DNA of 64,000 bases, taken from the IMG/VR virus record IMGVR_UViG_2693430034_000001, positions 63,633-127,632 of that record, one strand, 5' to 3'. The DNA is from a virus (Duplodnaviria; Caudoviricetes). The position numbers were made by a program, and so were the translations under genes. Below are positions 17,931 through 28,516 of the stretch, piece by piece. A model generated the notes under the pieces. It made no database searches. It saw nothing but the letters and a program-made list of their open reading frames with translations, and was not told where the DNA came from. Position 1 is the stretch's first letter; every line of letters starts with the position of its first letter.

Positions 17931-19400
17931 ATGCAAATGTTCTACCTGGTTCGGTTGGACCGCGATGGCAGCGGCGAACTCATCGAGACTCCGCTTCCGG
18001 ATTACGGCACCTTCGAAAAGGGTGCTGATGCTGCCAAGGCCTCCAAGGTAGCAGCAACGGTCCTCAATGGCGCCAAGGTCCAGTGCCGCCGTATTGCGCA
18101 GGCCGGCGACTGGCGAGCCGCCATGCTCAAGCGTTTCGAGACCGGCGAGCTGACGCCACTCCCCGCAAAGTGGGATCTGGAACCGATCGCGGACCACTTC
18201 GCCCACGTCAGCAAGATTGATGCGAGCACCATCGGATTCATCGACAGCGAAGAGAACGGGATCATCAACAAGGCTACGTCGATCACACCCGGTCGCTATC
18301 TCACCCGCTTCTATCCGAATGTTGATGACAACAAGCGCCGGCACCTGATCGCCGCCATCGATCCGAGCGGTGAAATCTTCTTCGCATCCGAGCCGGACGA
18401 CATTGCCTACGTCTATGAGAACGGACCCGAGTCCTGCATGGACGGCAAGCACTCGTTTGATGACCTGCCTTGCTGGCCCACCGAGCCCTACGCAGCGGGC
18501 GATCTGGTTGTCGCCTACACCAAGAACAAGGACGGCAGGATCCAGTCCCGTTGCGTCTGCTGGCCGGAGAAGAAGTTGTTCGGTCGCGTCTATGGCGATG
18601 CCCAGCGCATGCAGGCTGCCATGATCGCTGAAGGATACACCTGGTTGCGGGATGACAATTCCGCCGATGGGAACAAAAAGCTTCAGGTCTTCGTCGGAGC
18701 CAAGCTGCTGAAGATCCGGGCCGGTCGCAGGGATAACGGCGAGTTCGTGATGCCGTATTTTGACGACATCAAGGTCGCGATCGACAAGGGCGACCACTTC
18801 GTCACTGCGCTTCAGGCAGAACCTGGAGACCTGTTCGTCGCCAGCGGAAGTTCATCTGAAGGTGTTGCTCACATGCAGCGCGTCTGTCCGCGAAACAAGG
18901 TGCCGGTCAAGGCTTCTGACACGTACTTTGTCCACGGCGTCAACGAAGAGTGGTGTCAGGCGGCGATCCGCAGCGATGCCTTCGCCTGCGGCGGCAACGG
19001 CAAGTATTACCCACACGAGTTCAAGGTGATCATGGGCAGCGGCATTCCGTGGTCCAAGGAGCACTTCGAACAACACGGCGAGCACTGCTCCTACACCAGG
19101 AAGAACTGGCCGAAGAACGACATGCTGCAGTTCGGTGACAAGCGGGTGCATTCCAGTCTCGCCTATCGTTTCAACGATAAGGGCGAAGAGCTGGAGGCGC
19201 AGCTCCAGGCTCCAATCATCGAGTCGTCGTTTGCCAAATGGGGCATCGACTACGCCAGTGTCGAGAAGGATCTGGTGCGGGATAGCCGCCACTTCCGGAA
19301 CCTGCACCTGCAGGAGTGGCCCGCGGAACGGGATCCGCATGGTGCGGATGATCGCTTCGATGCCACTGCTCTCGCCCTCCGCAGCCGCAGCGCCGCTTAA
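17931..19400 (+). CDS. large conserved hypothetical phage protein
   Basis: GPESCM, SRCVCW, GRVYGD and MPYFD motifs, Cys-rich C-terminal half. Confidence 0.8.
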   Translation: MQMFYLVRLDRDGSGELIETPLPDYGTFEKGADAAKASKVAATVLNGAKVQCRRIAQAGDWRAAMLKRFETGELTPLPAKWDLEPIADHFAHVSKIDASTIGFIDSEENGIINKATSITPGRYLTRFYPNVDDNKRRHLIAAIDPSGEIFFASEPDDIAYVYENGPESCMDGKHSFDDLPCWPTEPYAAGDLVVAYTKNKDGRIQSRCVCWPEKKLFGRVYGDAQRMQAAMIAEGYTWLRDDNSADGNKKLQVFVGAKLLKIRAGRRDNGEFVMPYFDDIKVAIDKGDHFVTALQAEPGDLFVASGSSSEGVAHMQRVCPRNKVPVKASDTYFVHGVNEEWCQAAIRSDAFACGGNGKYYPHEFKVIMGSGIPWSKEHFEQHGEHCSYTRKNWPKNDMLQFGDKRVHSSLAYRFNDKGEELEAQLQAPIIESSFAKWGIDYASVEKDLVRDSRHFRNLHLQEWPAERDPHGADDRFDATALALRSRSAA

Positions 19401-19409
19401 GGAAAACTC

Positions 19410-20378
19410 ATGACTGATCTCGAAACCATCATCGCCATGCTTTCTCACCGCCGGCCAGCCGGATCGGCGACCGAGATGGCCTTCATCAAGAAGTTCATCA
19501 TGCCGCTCGGCGCCAAGATGGACAAGCACGGCAACTGGTGCCTGTCGATCGGCGACAATCCGACTGTGTTGTGGTCGTCGCACACCGACAGCGTCCACCA
19601 CAAGGAAGGTTACCAGAAGGTCGATTTCGACGGGAAGTTCATCACGCTCTCCGTCAACTCGAAATCTAACTGTCTGGGAGCGGACTGCGCGGCGGGCGTC
19701 TGGATCATGACGGAGATGATCAAGGCGAAGGTACCTGGACTCTACATCTTCCACTTCGCCGAGGAAGTTGGGTGCGTTGGCTCGTCCGCCATCGCAGAGA
19801 AGGAACCCGGTCGTCTCGTCAACATCGAGGCAGCCATCGCGTTCGACCGCCGGGGCATCGACCAGGTTATCACCCATCAGCGTCAGCGCACCTGCTCGGA
19901 CACGTTCGGCAACTCTCTCGCCGCCCAGCTGCCGAGCCGGTTCAAGATCTGCGACAAGGGTATCCTGACCGACACCAAGCAGTACCGCCGCCTGGTGCCG
20001 GAATGCTCGAACCTGTCGGTTGGCTACTACAACGAGCACCAGCCACACGAGGCGCTCGATGTCGGTCATCTGATCGAGCTGAGGAACTACATGGTCAAGA
20101 TCGACCAGTCCAAGTTCGTGATCGAGCGCGACCCTTTGGGCGAGATCCTGCTGCCGACCAAAAAGAAGAGCCATGGTGGACTGGCTTTTGGTAGCGGACG
20201 CCGCAAGCCTGAGACGCTGCGTGATCTCGTTTACTGGAACGCAACCGACGTCGCCCTCTTCCTGGAGAATATGGGCGTCACCTACGACCAGCTATTCGAT
20301 GCCATCCGTAAATCGCAACGTCCACTCACCATCGCAGACATCCTCGATCAGCCAGACCTGATCGAACACGTCGCCTGA
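19410..20378 (+). CDS. M20/M28-family zinc peptidase
   Basis: SHTDSVH, LGADCAAG, AEEVG, FDRRG and GYYNEH metal-ligand motifs. Confidence 0.85.
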   Translation: MTDLETIIAMLSHRRPAGSATEMAFIKKFIMPLGAKMDKHGNWCLSIGDNPTVLWSSHTDSVHHKEGYQKVDFDGKFITLSVNSKSNCLGADCAAGVWIMTEMIKAKVPGLYIFHFAEEVGCVGSSAIAEKEPGRLVNIEAAIAFDRRGIDQVITHQRQRTCSDTFGNSLAAQLPSRFKICDKGILTDTKQYRRLVPECSNLSVGYYNEHQPHEALDVGHLIELRNYMVKIDQSKFVIERDPLGEILLPTKKKSHGGLAFGSGRRKPETLRDLVYWNATDVALFLENMGVTYDQLFDAIRKSQRPLTIADILDQPDLIEHVA

Positions 20379-20406
20379 TCCATCACATAACAACAGGAAA
20401 TTATCC

Positions 20407-22527
20407 ATGAAGCTTGGAATGAAGCAGCACGCCCACACCGCAACCGGCGTCAAGAAGGAAATCAAGGTCGCGTTCGAGACCAACGCGGTTGCCTTCTACG
20501 CCACCTTCTCCGGCCTGGCGTCGGACAAGATCGGCTATCCGGTACGTGAACTTTGCACCAATGCCTGGGATGCTGCCCGTGGGAATTTCGAAGTTCATCT
20601 GCCGACCTATCTCAACCCCGTGTTCAAGGTTCGTGACTTCGGAACCGGCATGTCCGAGTTCGACATGGAGAACGTCTATGCCAAGCCGTACGCCTCCAAG
20701 AAGCGTGAGAGCAACGACCAGGTCGGCGGCTGGGGCATTGGCTCCAAGAGCCCGTATGCCTATCTGATCGGCGATACCGGCGCCGGCAGCTACAACGTCA
20801 CTTCCTACTTCGAAGGCGTGATGCGCTGCTACGTGATGTCGCTCGCTGACGACGGCATGCCGAAGATGGAATTGCTGTTCGAAGGTCCGTCCGACCAGCC
20901 GGCCGGCATGGAAGTGTCGTTCGCGGTCAACAAGTCCGACATCAACACCTTCCGGGACCGGGCTCACCAGATCCTCTGGTCGTTCAATCCCCGTCCGACC
21001 ATCCTGCCGGCGATCGAGTGGGACGAGCCGGTCATCGAGAGCCAGGGCGATAAGTGGATCAAGTACAAGAAGGGATCGGTTCCCTTCTACGGTCCGCGGG
21101 TCCGCATGGGCTGCGTGATGTATCCGATCACGCTCAACAAGATCGAGACCAGCGGCTTCCTGGACAGCAGCGATACCGTTCTGTTCGACGCGCCGATCGG
21201 GTCGCTCAAGGTGACCCTGTCGCGTGAGGATATCGCTTACGACGAGACCACCATCACGACGCTGAAGTCGTTGATCTCGGAATACGAAAACACGTTCATC
21301 GAGCAGGTTCGCCTCAAGGTGACCGAGGCCAACTCCCTGTTCGAGGCGTGCAGCATCTTCGAGGACGAGACCAACACGCTCGGCTCGACCCGGCAGGCCT
21401 CCCTTCGCCGTCTGGTGAAGTGGGAAGGTCACAACCTGAGCGAATACGTCAGCAAGGAGGACTGCAAGGTCGAGTGCCTGTCCGAAGGCTGGACCTCGTT
21501 CGATAAGTTCGAGGACGGTCAGGCTCGCACCAAATGGGCGGCAGACGCCACGGTCGTCATCGAGCACAACCCGAGCTACTCGTTCGGCCGGTTCCAGATG
21601 GCAGAACTGGTCGGCAAGAAGGTGCTTTGGGTGCGCTGCAAGCGGATCGTCCGCGACCAGGTTCTCTATCGTCTCGGCAATCCTGAAGTCATCGACCTCG
21701 ACAGCTTCAAGGTGCCGGTGTCGAAGCGGACCAGCAAGACCATCCGCAAGCGCAAGACCTTGATGGTCCTGAGCGGTGGCCGCGTTCAGCGTATCACCCA
21801 GGACGTCGATCTCGCTGAAGGCGGTTACATGGTGGAAGCCACTCCGACCTATGGAGGTCGACGGCGGCGTGGTGGCGGCGACAGCTTGAGGCTCACAAGC
21901 GACGGCGTGTCGATGCAGTTCAGCGATGCTGAAAGCGTCATCATGACGGCGGTCGAGTTCGGCCTGATCGAGGTTGGTCAGGTCATCCTGGTCAAGGACT
22001 ACGACAAGGAGGTTTCGGGCGACTGGAACTTCATTGCCGACGATCTGCTCGATGCCTTGCGGGATCGCGTTGACGTCTCGGAGTTCACCGGCCTGCACCA
22101 CAAGACGCTCGGGCATCTGAACCACCAGCTTCATGACCTGGCTAAGATGGCTGTCTTCGTAAAGGCGCCGGACGATGTCCGGCAGTTCCAGGCCGACTTG
22201 TCGGCTCTGCATGTCGCGTTGGACAACAACTCCACCGCGTCCACGCAGACCGACAAGGCGTTCTCGGCGCTGCGGAAGCTTGGCGTTCAGATCAACAAGC
22301 CGGACGTGGTCTGCCCGATCGGCGAGATCGAGAAGCGTTACGAAGCGCTTTGCGAACGGTATCTGCTGCTCCGATCGATCAACGAGGAAAATGGCTACTA
22401 CCACTCCCATCGCCAGGCAACGAAGGTTCTCAAGCTGAACCACTACTTCGCCCTCCTGGCCCGACCGGAAGTGGCGAATGACAACAACGACGTCGAGGAA
22501 GAATTGGTCCTCAACGAAGCCGCCTGA
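20407..22527 (+). CDS. rIIA: rIIA-like protein (GHKL ATPase)
   Basis: RELCTNAWDA, VRDFGTGMS and GGWGIGSKSP motifs. Confidence 0.85.
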   Translation: MKLGMKQHAHTATGVKKEIKVAFETNAVAFYATFSGLASDKIGYPVRELCTNAWDAARGNFEVHLPTYLNPVFKVRDFGTGMSEFDMENVYAKPYASKKRESNDQVGGWGIGSKSPYAYLIGDTGAGSYNVTSYFEGVMRCYVMSLADDGMPKMELLFEGPSDQPAGMEVSFAVNKSDINTFRDRAHQILWSFNPRPTILPAIEWDEPVIESQGDKWIKYKKGSVPFYGPRVRMGCVMYPITLNKIETSGFLDSSDTVLFDAPIGSLKVTLSREDIAYDETTITTLKSLISEYENTFIEQVRLKVTEANSLFEACSIFEDETNTLGSTRQASLRRLVKWEGHNLSEYVSKEDCKVECLSEGWTSFDKFEDGQARTKWAADATVVIEHNPSYSFGRFQMAELVGKKVLWVRCKRIVRDQVLYRLGNPEVIDLDSFKVPVSKRTSKTIRKRKTLMVLSGGRVQRITQDVDLAEGGYMVEATPTYGGRRRRGGGDSLRLTSDGVSMQFSDAESVIMTAVEFGLIEVGQVILVKDYDKEVSGDWNFIADDLLDALRDRVDVSEFTGLHHKTLGHLNHQLHDLAKMAVFVKAPDDVRQFQADLSALHVALDNNSTASTQTDKAFSALRKLGVQINKPDVVCPIGEIEKRYEALCERYLLLRSINEENGYYHSHRQATKVLKLNHYFALLARPEVANDNNDVEEELVLNEAA

Positions 22528-22547
22528 TTACCGAACCGGAGAGCAAC

Positions 22548-23012
22548 ATGATCGCCAGTGTGATCACTGACACTTCTATCTTCTTCATCGCCAGCGGCCG
22601 TCCTTGGACTCTTGCGGTCGACCACCCGGCGTTTGCCGTGGTGAAGGCGCGTCTCACTGAGGGGTGCGACAACGAAGAAGAGCTGGTCCGCCTGACGGAC
22701 GTGCGAGCGGCAGTGGACCACGCGACCGAGGGACGGGCCGTCCTCAGTGAGGATGGCCTGTTCCTCGACGGCGAGCAATTGCCTCCAGCATGGGAGCATA
22801 AGGCGGCGGCAGAACCTTCCGCCATGCGTGTCCTGATCGTGAGCCCGGGAGATCGGGTTCGCGTTGAGGGCGACGATGATGCGCCAGACGGCGAATACAC
22901 CGTTGGCGACGTCGACAATGACGACACAGACAAGCGCGTGATGGTCGAGTCTGAGGACGGGTATCTCGGGTTCGTCGCCAACGCATCCATCAAAGAAATC
23001 ATCAAGGATTAA
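22548..23012 (+). CDS. rIIB: short rIIB-like protein (N-terminal portion only)
   Basis: Follows rIIA. GRPWTL..DHPAF...DGLFLDGE resembles rIIB N-termini. Confidence 0.5.
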   Translation: MIASVITDTSIFFIASGRPWTLAVDHPAFAVVKARLTEGCDNEEELVRLTDVRAAVDHATEGRAVLSEDGLFLDGEQLPPAWEHKAAAEPSAMRVLIVSPGDRVRVEGDDDAPDGEYTVGDVDNDDTDKRVMVESEDGYLGFVANASIKEIIKD

Positions 23013-23018
23013 GCCACC

Positions 23019-25034
23019 ATGGACTTCTGCAAGTTCAAGAATGCCGTCGCTCTCCAGTTCAAGAAAATGGGCAACGGCGGCCTGTTCTGTACCGCCGTCG
23101 AGAAGGATGACCTCTGGTCTACCTATCTCTCCGGCTTCCCGGCCGGAACCAACCCGATGTTCCGGGAGCGCACCGAGCATGACTGCAGCTGCTGCCGCCA
23201 GTTCATCCGCGCGGTCGGTAACGTCGTGTCGATCGAGAACGGCAAGGTCGTGACGATCTGGGACGGCGCTGTCGGCGACCCGACCTATCAGGTTGTGGCT
23301 GACGCGATGGCAAAGCTGGTCCGCTCGAAGTCGATCGAGAACGAGTTCCTGCACACCGAATCAACGGCCGGCGCCGACAAGACCCTCGAATCGATCGAAG
23401 AGTTTGTGCGTTCCTGGGATCACTTCTTCGTCCGTCTTCCGGCCGGCGTTGTTGCCCGTGGCGAGCTGATCGGCCCGCAGCTGTCCGGTACCCGAGCCCT
23501 TCACGACGTCCTGCTCCGCAGCATCAACGAGCTGTCAATGGACGCCGTCGACACCGTTCTGGATCTGATCAAGCAAAATTCGCTGTACCGCGGCAGCGAG
23601 CACAAGTTCGCCGTCGAGACCTTCCGCAAGGTCAAGCTGGAAGCCTCCGAGCTGACCGATCTCGACCGGGATGTGTTCGTCTGGTCGAAGGTCAAGACCA
23701 TGCCCGGCTCCGTCGCCAAGATCCGCAACACCTCGATCGGCCAGCTGCTGGTAGACCTGTCGAATGGTCTGGAGCTGGAGAATGCGATCGGCAGGTTCGA
23801 GGCCATGGTTGCTCCCCAGAACTACAAGCGCGCCACTGCGCTGGTCACTCCGGCCATGATCAACAAGGCCAAAGCGACGATTGAGGAGCTGGGGCTGGCT
23901 TCGGCTCTGGAGCGCCGCTACGCCAGAAATACAGACGTCACCGTCAACAACATCCTGTTCGCCGATCGGGCGGCCCGGAAGGCTCTGGGCGGCGACGTGT
24001 TCGACAGCATCCCAACCAAAAAGCCTTCGGCCAGGAAGCTCGACAAGGTCGAGGATGTGACCATCGAAAAGTTCATCTCGGACATCGTACCCAACGCGGA
24101 CTCGATCGAGGTGATGTTCGAGAACCGGCACCTCAACAACCTGGTCAGCCTGATCGCACCGGTCGACCCGGCCGCGGTGCCGCTGTTCAAATGGGATAAC
24201 GGTTTCTCCTGGTCCTACAACGGAGACCTTGCGGACTCGATCCGGGAGCGGGTCAAGAAGGCGGGCGGCAACGTCAGCGGCGACCTGTGCTGCCGACTGG
24301 CCTGGTCGAACCATGACGACCTGGACTTCCACATGGTGGAGCCGGACGGGCACGAGATCTACTTTCGCAACAAGGGTCTGCAGTCACGGCTCGGCGGCAT
24401 GCTCGATGTCGACATGAATGCCGGCGGCGGCACGACGCGGACGCCGGTCGAGAACATCTTCTACCGGTCCCGGACGACGATGCGGGAAGGCGTTTACACG
24501 CTCTACGTCAACAACTTCTCCAAGCGCGAGAGCGTGGACGTCGGCTTCGAGGTTGAGATCGACTGGCTGGGTCAGGTCACCCGCTTCGCCCACGAGAAGG
24601 CGGTCCGTGACAAGCAGAAGATCATGGTCGCCAAGCTCAAATACTCGAAGGCCAAGGGCATCGAAATCATCGAGTCCCTGCCCTCGACCCAGGCAAGCAA
24701 GACCGTGTGGCAGCTCCCCACCCAAGACTTCCACAAGGTCGACCTGCTGATGCTCTCCCCGAACTACTGGGACGGACGGGGTGTCGGCAACAAGCACTAC
24801 TTCTTCATGATGCGCGGTTGCCAGAACGACGGTCAGGCACGCGGCTTCTTCAATGAGTTCCTCAGGGAAGAGCTGGATCAGCATCGCAAGGTCATCGAGA
24901 TCGTCGGATCGAAGATGAAGGCTGAAAGTTCGGCCGACCAGATCAGCGGCCTCGGGTTCTCAAGCACACAGCGCAACGAGATCCTAGCCAAAGTGAAGGG
25001 CAATTTCACCCGTACCGTCAAAGTCACGTTCTAA
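23019..25034 (+). CDS. conserved phage protein with YfaP/DUF2135-like domain
   Basis: HDCSCCRQFI N-terminus and LAWSNHDDLDFHMVEPDG...LDVDMN. Confidence 0.8.
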   Translation: MDFCKFKNAVALQFKKMGNGGLFCTAVEKDDLWSTYLSGFPAGTNPMFRERTEHDCSCCRQFIRAVGNVVSIENGKVVTIWDGAVGDPTYQVVADAMAKLVRSKSIENEFLHTESTAGADKTLESIEEFVRSWDHFFVRLPAGVVARGELIGPQLSGTRALHDVLLRSINELSMDAVDTVLDLIKQNSLYRGSEHKFAVETFRKVKLEASELTDLDRDVFVWSKVKTMPGSVAKIRNTSIGQLLVDLSNGLELENAIGRFEAMVAPQNYKRATALVTPAMINKAKATIEELGLASALERRYARNTDVTVNNILFADRAARKALGGDVFDSIPTKKPSARKLDKVEDVTIEKFISDIVPNADSIEVMFENRHLNNLVSLIAPVDPAAVPLFKWDNGFSWSYNGDLADSIRERVKKAGGNVSGDLCCRLAWSNHDDLDFHMVEPDGHEIYFRNKGLQSRLGGMLDVDMNAGGGTTRTPVENIFYRSRTTMREGVYTLYVNNFSKRESVDVGFEVEIDWLGQVTRFAHEKAVRDKQKIMVAKLKYSKAKGIEIIESLPSTQASKTVWQLPTQDFHKVDLLMLSPNYWDGRGVGNKHYFFMMRGCQNDGQARGFFNEFLREELDQHRKVIEIVGSKMKAESSADQISGLGFSSTQRNEILAKVKGNFTRTVKVTF

Positions 25035-25045
25035 GGAAGGACAAC

Positions 25046-25438
25046 ATGTTCGAGAAAGCAACACGAGAGAAGCTTCGCTTCGATACCCAGGTCGGCCCGC
25101 TGTCGGTCGAGGATCTGTGGGATCTTTCGCTGACCAGCGAGAAGAAAGTCAACTTGAACGACATCGCCAAGGTGCTGTTCAAGCAGCTGGAAAACGGCGA
25201 CGACGTTTCGTTCGTCGATACCGCCAAGAAGACCGACAAGACCGTCCAGCTCAGGTTCGACATCGTCAAACACATCATCGATGTCAAGCTGGCCGAGAAC
25301 ACCGAGAAGGTTGCCGCCCGCGGCAAGGCTGAGCGTCTGGACAAGATCAACCAGGCTATCGCCCGCCGGCAGGATCTGAACCTCGAGAACCTGTCTCTCG
25401 AAGAGCTGGAAGCGGCCAAGGCCGACCTCACCACCTGA
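25046..25438 (+). CDS. conserved phage coiled-coil protein
   Basis: MFEKATREKLRF..G.LSVEDLWDL motif. Confidence 0.8.
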   Translation: MFEKATREKLRFDTQVGPLSVEDLWDLSLTSEKKVNLNDIAKVLFKQLENGDDVSFVDTAKKTDKTVQLRFDIVKHIIDVKLAENTEKVAARGKAERLDKINQAIARRQDLNLENLSLEELEAAKADLTT

Positions 25439-25500
25439 TGCGAGCCGGCCGGGTGGCTTCGTGCTGCCCGGCCCCTTGCTTGAATGCAAAGGAAATCGAA

Positions 25501-25800
25501 ATGCCCGACCTGAAAGTAGCTGTCGAGTCCTTCTTCGAAGGGTGCAGGCAGATCAGCGACAAGCACATGGATGCCAACTACCCCAAGCTCGCCAAGCCGG
25601 TGTTCGAGCTGGAAGAGCTGATCGTCCGTTATCGCATCAAGCGTGACGGCAGCGCATTCGCCTTCGTCGACAAGAAGACCGGCGACGTTCTCAAGGCTGC
25701 AGGCTGGTCGACCCCGGCCAAGCACGCTCGCGGAAATGTCTTCGACGAGCACAACGGCTTGAAGCAGATCGGCCCGTACGGCCCGGCCTACCTGAGGTGA
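25501..25800 (+). CDS. conserved hypothetical phage protein
   Basis: AFVDKKTGDVLKAAGW..PAKHARGN motif. Confidence 0.75.
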   Translation: MPDLKVAVESFFEGCRQISDKHMDANYPKLAKPVFELEELIVRYRIKRDGSAFAFVDKKTGDVLKAAGWSTPAKHARGNVFDEHNGLKQIGPYGPAYLR

Positions 25801-25923
25801 TGAACATGGTGCGGCATGCAGGCCTATACACACCACCTCAGCAATACCTGGGTGACGCAATCCGCCTGGCCTACGACATGAAGGTGATCGAGCACGCAAT
25901 AGCCCGAGGGGAAGGACGGATCG

Positions 25924-26286
25924 ATGCCTAAGACACTGACCAAGCTGCAGGAGCAGATCATTGCCAAGGTGCTGACGATCGGCGCCGTCAATTACGTCTG
26001 GGTCAATGGCGGAGAGGTCCACACCGTCAATAAGCTGCGTGAACGCGGCCTGCTCCGTGGCGACTGCTACGGAAGCGTCCAGCCCCGGCACTTAACGGAG
26101 GAGGTCAAGTCCGTCTTCTTCGCCGACAATCCTGCGACCTTCAGGATCTCGAACTTCCATGGCGAAGGATGGCTTATCTTCCACGACCGCAGGTACATCT
26201 GCAAGGTCTACAAGGATGATGACGCCAAGCTCGTCATCGAGGCCCTGAAAACACTCCAACCGGTGGAACAGCGGGAGGCAGCCTAA
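25924..26286 (+). CDS. hypothetical protein
   Basis: ORF ending QREAA. Confidence 0.65.
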   Translation: MPKTLTKLQEQIIAKVLTIGAVNYVWVNGGEVHTVNKLRERGLLRGDCYGSVQPRHLTEEVKSVFFADNPATFRISNFHGEGWLIFHDRRYICKVYKDDDAKLVIEALKTLQPVEQREAA

Positions 26287-26365
26287 TTTGCATTTTTTGC
26301 AAAGAACGCTTGCTTGAATGCAAATGTCTGCTATCCATGATCTGCAACCGATCGAGAGAACCCCC

Positions 26366-27943
26366 ATGAACGCAATTCAATGGTCGCCGCAGCAGTCGGC
26401 CTTCATCAACGAGGCCAGGAACGGCACCAGCTCCATCGTACTGATCGCCGTGGCCGGCGCCGGCAAGACCACGACAATCCTGGAGGCGGCCGACCAGCTG
26501 CGCGGCAACGCCATCATCCTGGCCTACAACAAGAAAATTGCCGACGAGATCAAGGCCAAGCTGAAGAAGCGCGGCGTAGACTGGAAGCGCTGCGAGGCGT
26601 CGACCACCCACTCGATCGGCCTGCGGAACTACAAGCGCACTGTTCCCGGCGTAATCGTCAAGGGCGACAAGGTCGGCGCGATTTGCGCCTCCTGGGTCGA
26701 GGAAGACGAGATCGATATCACCCTGGTGCCGCACACCTCGGTGATCTGCCACCTGGTTTCGCTGGCCAAGGCCAACGCTGTCGGCGTTCCCGGACAGGGC
26801 CACATCGACGATACCTCGATCTGGGAAGACATCGTCGACCACTTCGATCTGTTCGACGAAGAGCCGCTGCAGAAGAAGGCCGACAAGATCATCGAGGTCG
26901 CCATCTCGCTACTCAAGGCGTCCAACGATATGCGCCAGGTCGTCGACTTCGACGACATGATCTACCTGCCCCTACTCTTCCAGATCAACTTCTTCCAGTT
27001 CGACAATGTCGTGATGGACGAGGCGCAGGACGCCAACGTAAGCCGCAAGCTTCTGGCGGATGCCCTGCTGAAGGATAACGGCCGGTTCTTCGGCGTCGGT
27101 GATCCCCGACAGGCAATCTATGGCTTCACGGGAGCCGACAACGAGAGCATGGAAAACCTGAAGGAGCATTTCGACTGCAAGGAAATGCCTCTGACGGTCA
27201 CGTATCGGTGCCCGAAGAGCATCGTCCGGTTCGCACAGACCTGGGTCAATCACATCCAGGCTCACGAGTCGGCGCCGCAGGGCACCGTCACTGCCATGAC
27301 CTTCGAGGACTTCATGCTGAAGCGCGAGCTTCATTATGGAGACTCGGCGATCCTCTGCCGCAACACCCGTCCGCTGGTGACCGCGGCGTTCGCCCTGATC
27401 CGCCAGAACATTCCTTGCCGGATCGAGGGGCGAAACATCGGCGAGGCCTTGATCAAGCTGGCAACCCGGTGGCGGTCGATCACCACGATCCCCGAGCTGG
27501 AAGACAAGCTCGAAGAATGGCTCGACGCTGAGAGTGTGAAGTGGATCGCCAAGAAGAAGATGGCGAAGGTCCAGGAAGCCGAGGACAAGGTCGAGACGCT
27601 CAAGGTGGTGATGGAAGCCTGTCAGGAGCGCAAGCAGCACCTGATCACGGACGTGGTGAACTACATCAACTCCATCTTCGCCGACAACGTGACCGGGATC
27701 CTGACCCTATCGACGATCCATAAATCGAAGGGCCGGGAATGGAAGTACGTGTTCTGGCTCGACCGGTTCGCCACCTGCCCCTCCAAGTATGCTTCGCAGC
27801 CCTGGGAGATCATTCAGGAGCAGAACCTCTGCTACGTCGCCGCGACCCGGTCGATGGACACTCTCGTGGATCTAAACCCGCCGATGCCGAAGCAGAAGGC
27901 GGTCAATGACAACGTGCTGCAACCGAAGGAGCAGGTAGCCTGA
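26366..27943 (+). CDS. UvrD/Rep-like superfamily 1 helicase
   Basis: AGAGKTT, DEAQD, VGDPRQAIYGF, TIHKSKGRE and YVAATR motifs. Confidence 0.93.
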   Translation: MNAIQWSPQQSAFINEARNGTSSIVLIAVAGAGKTTTILEAADQLRGNAIILAYNKKIADEIKAKLKKRGVDWKRCEASTTHSIGLRNYKRTVPGVIVKGDKVGAICASWVEEDEIDITLVPHTSVICHLVSLAKANAVGVPGQGHIDDTSIWEDIVDHFDLFDEEPLQKKADKIIEVAISLLKASNDMRQVVDFDDMIYLPLLFQINFFQFDNVVMDEAQDANVSRKLLADALLKDNGRFFGVGDPRQAIYGFTGADNESMENLKEHFDCKEMPLTVTYRCPKSIVRFAQTWVNHIQAHESAPQGTVTAMTFEDFMLKRELHYGDSAILCRNTRPLVTAAFALIRQNIPCRIEGRNIGEALIKLATRWRSITTIPELEDKLEEWLDAESVKWIAKKKMAKVQEAEDKVETLKVVMEACQERKQHLITDVVNYINSIFADNVTGILTLSTIHKSKGREWKYVFWLDRFATCPSKYASQPWEIIQEQNLCYVAATRSMDTLVDLNPPMPKQKAVNDNVLQPKEQVA

Positions 27944-28131
27944 TGGCACAGACAGTTATCGAGATCGACATCGAAGGCGGGATGGTTCAGGGGTTCAAAG
28001 CCCCGCCGGGGGTAACCATCAAGGTCAACGACTACGATGTCGAGGGGATCGAGGCGAACATCAAGACCGACGAGAATGGTCATGATTTCGTCGAGCAGAT
28101 CCTCGAAGGCAACGGCGAGTGGCAGGAGTAA
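27943..28131 (+). CDS. small acidic hypothetical protein
   Basis: Coupled ORF with GGMVQ..DYD motif. Confidence 0.6.
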   Translation: MAQTVIEIDIEGGMVQGFKAPPGVTIKVNDYDVEGIEANIKTDENGHDFVEQILEGNGEWQE

Positions 28132-28496
28132 TCCTCCACTATCCGTTCGGTCCCCCGCCGCCCGACACCGACGTCCTCTTCCGCTGCGAGGCCAAGCGCT
28201 ATTCAGTCGTCATCGATGCCGATGCTGACCGGTATGGCGTCACTGACCCGCAGCTGGAGATGACGTGGTGGCGGGTCCACAAACGGACACCGAAGGGAGC
28301 ATGGGTTTGCGACAGGTTCGTCCTGTTGACCGCCACCAAACGGTGGGCCTGTGAAACCGAGGAAGAGGCACTCGCCTCCTTCATCGCCCGCAAGCAGAAG
28401 CACATCAGCATCCTTTCCCGCAATCTGAGCCGTGCCCAGGCCGACCTGGCCCTGGCTTACCGGACACATCCTCGTGCTGCACTGGTGTTTGCATGA
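28119..28496 (+). CDS. hypothetical protein
   Basis: KRTPKGAW..EEALASF motif. Confidence 0.65.
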   Translation: MAGVILHYPFGPPPPDTDVLFRCEAKRYSVVIDADADRYGVTDPQLEMTWWRVHKRTPKGAWVCDRFVLLTATKRWACETEEEALASFIARKQKHISILSRNLSRAQADLALAYRTHPRAALVFA

Positions 28497-28516
28497 ATAC
28501 AAACAAGGAAAGACCC

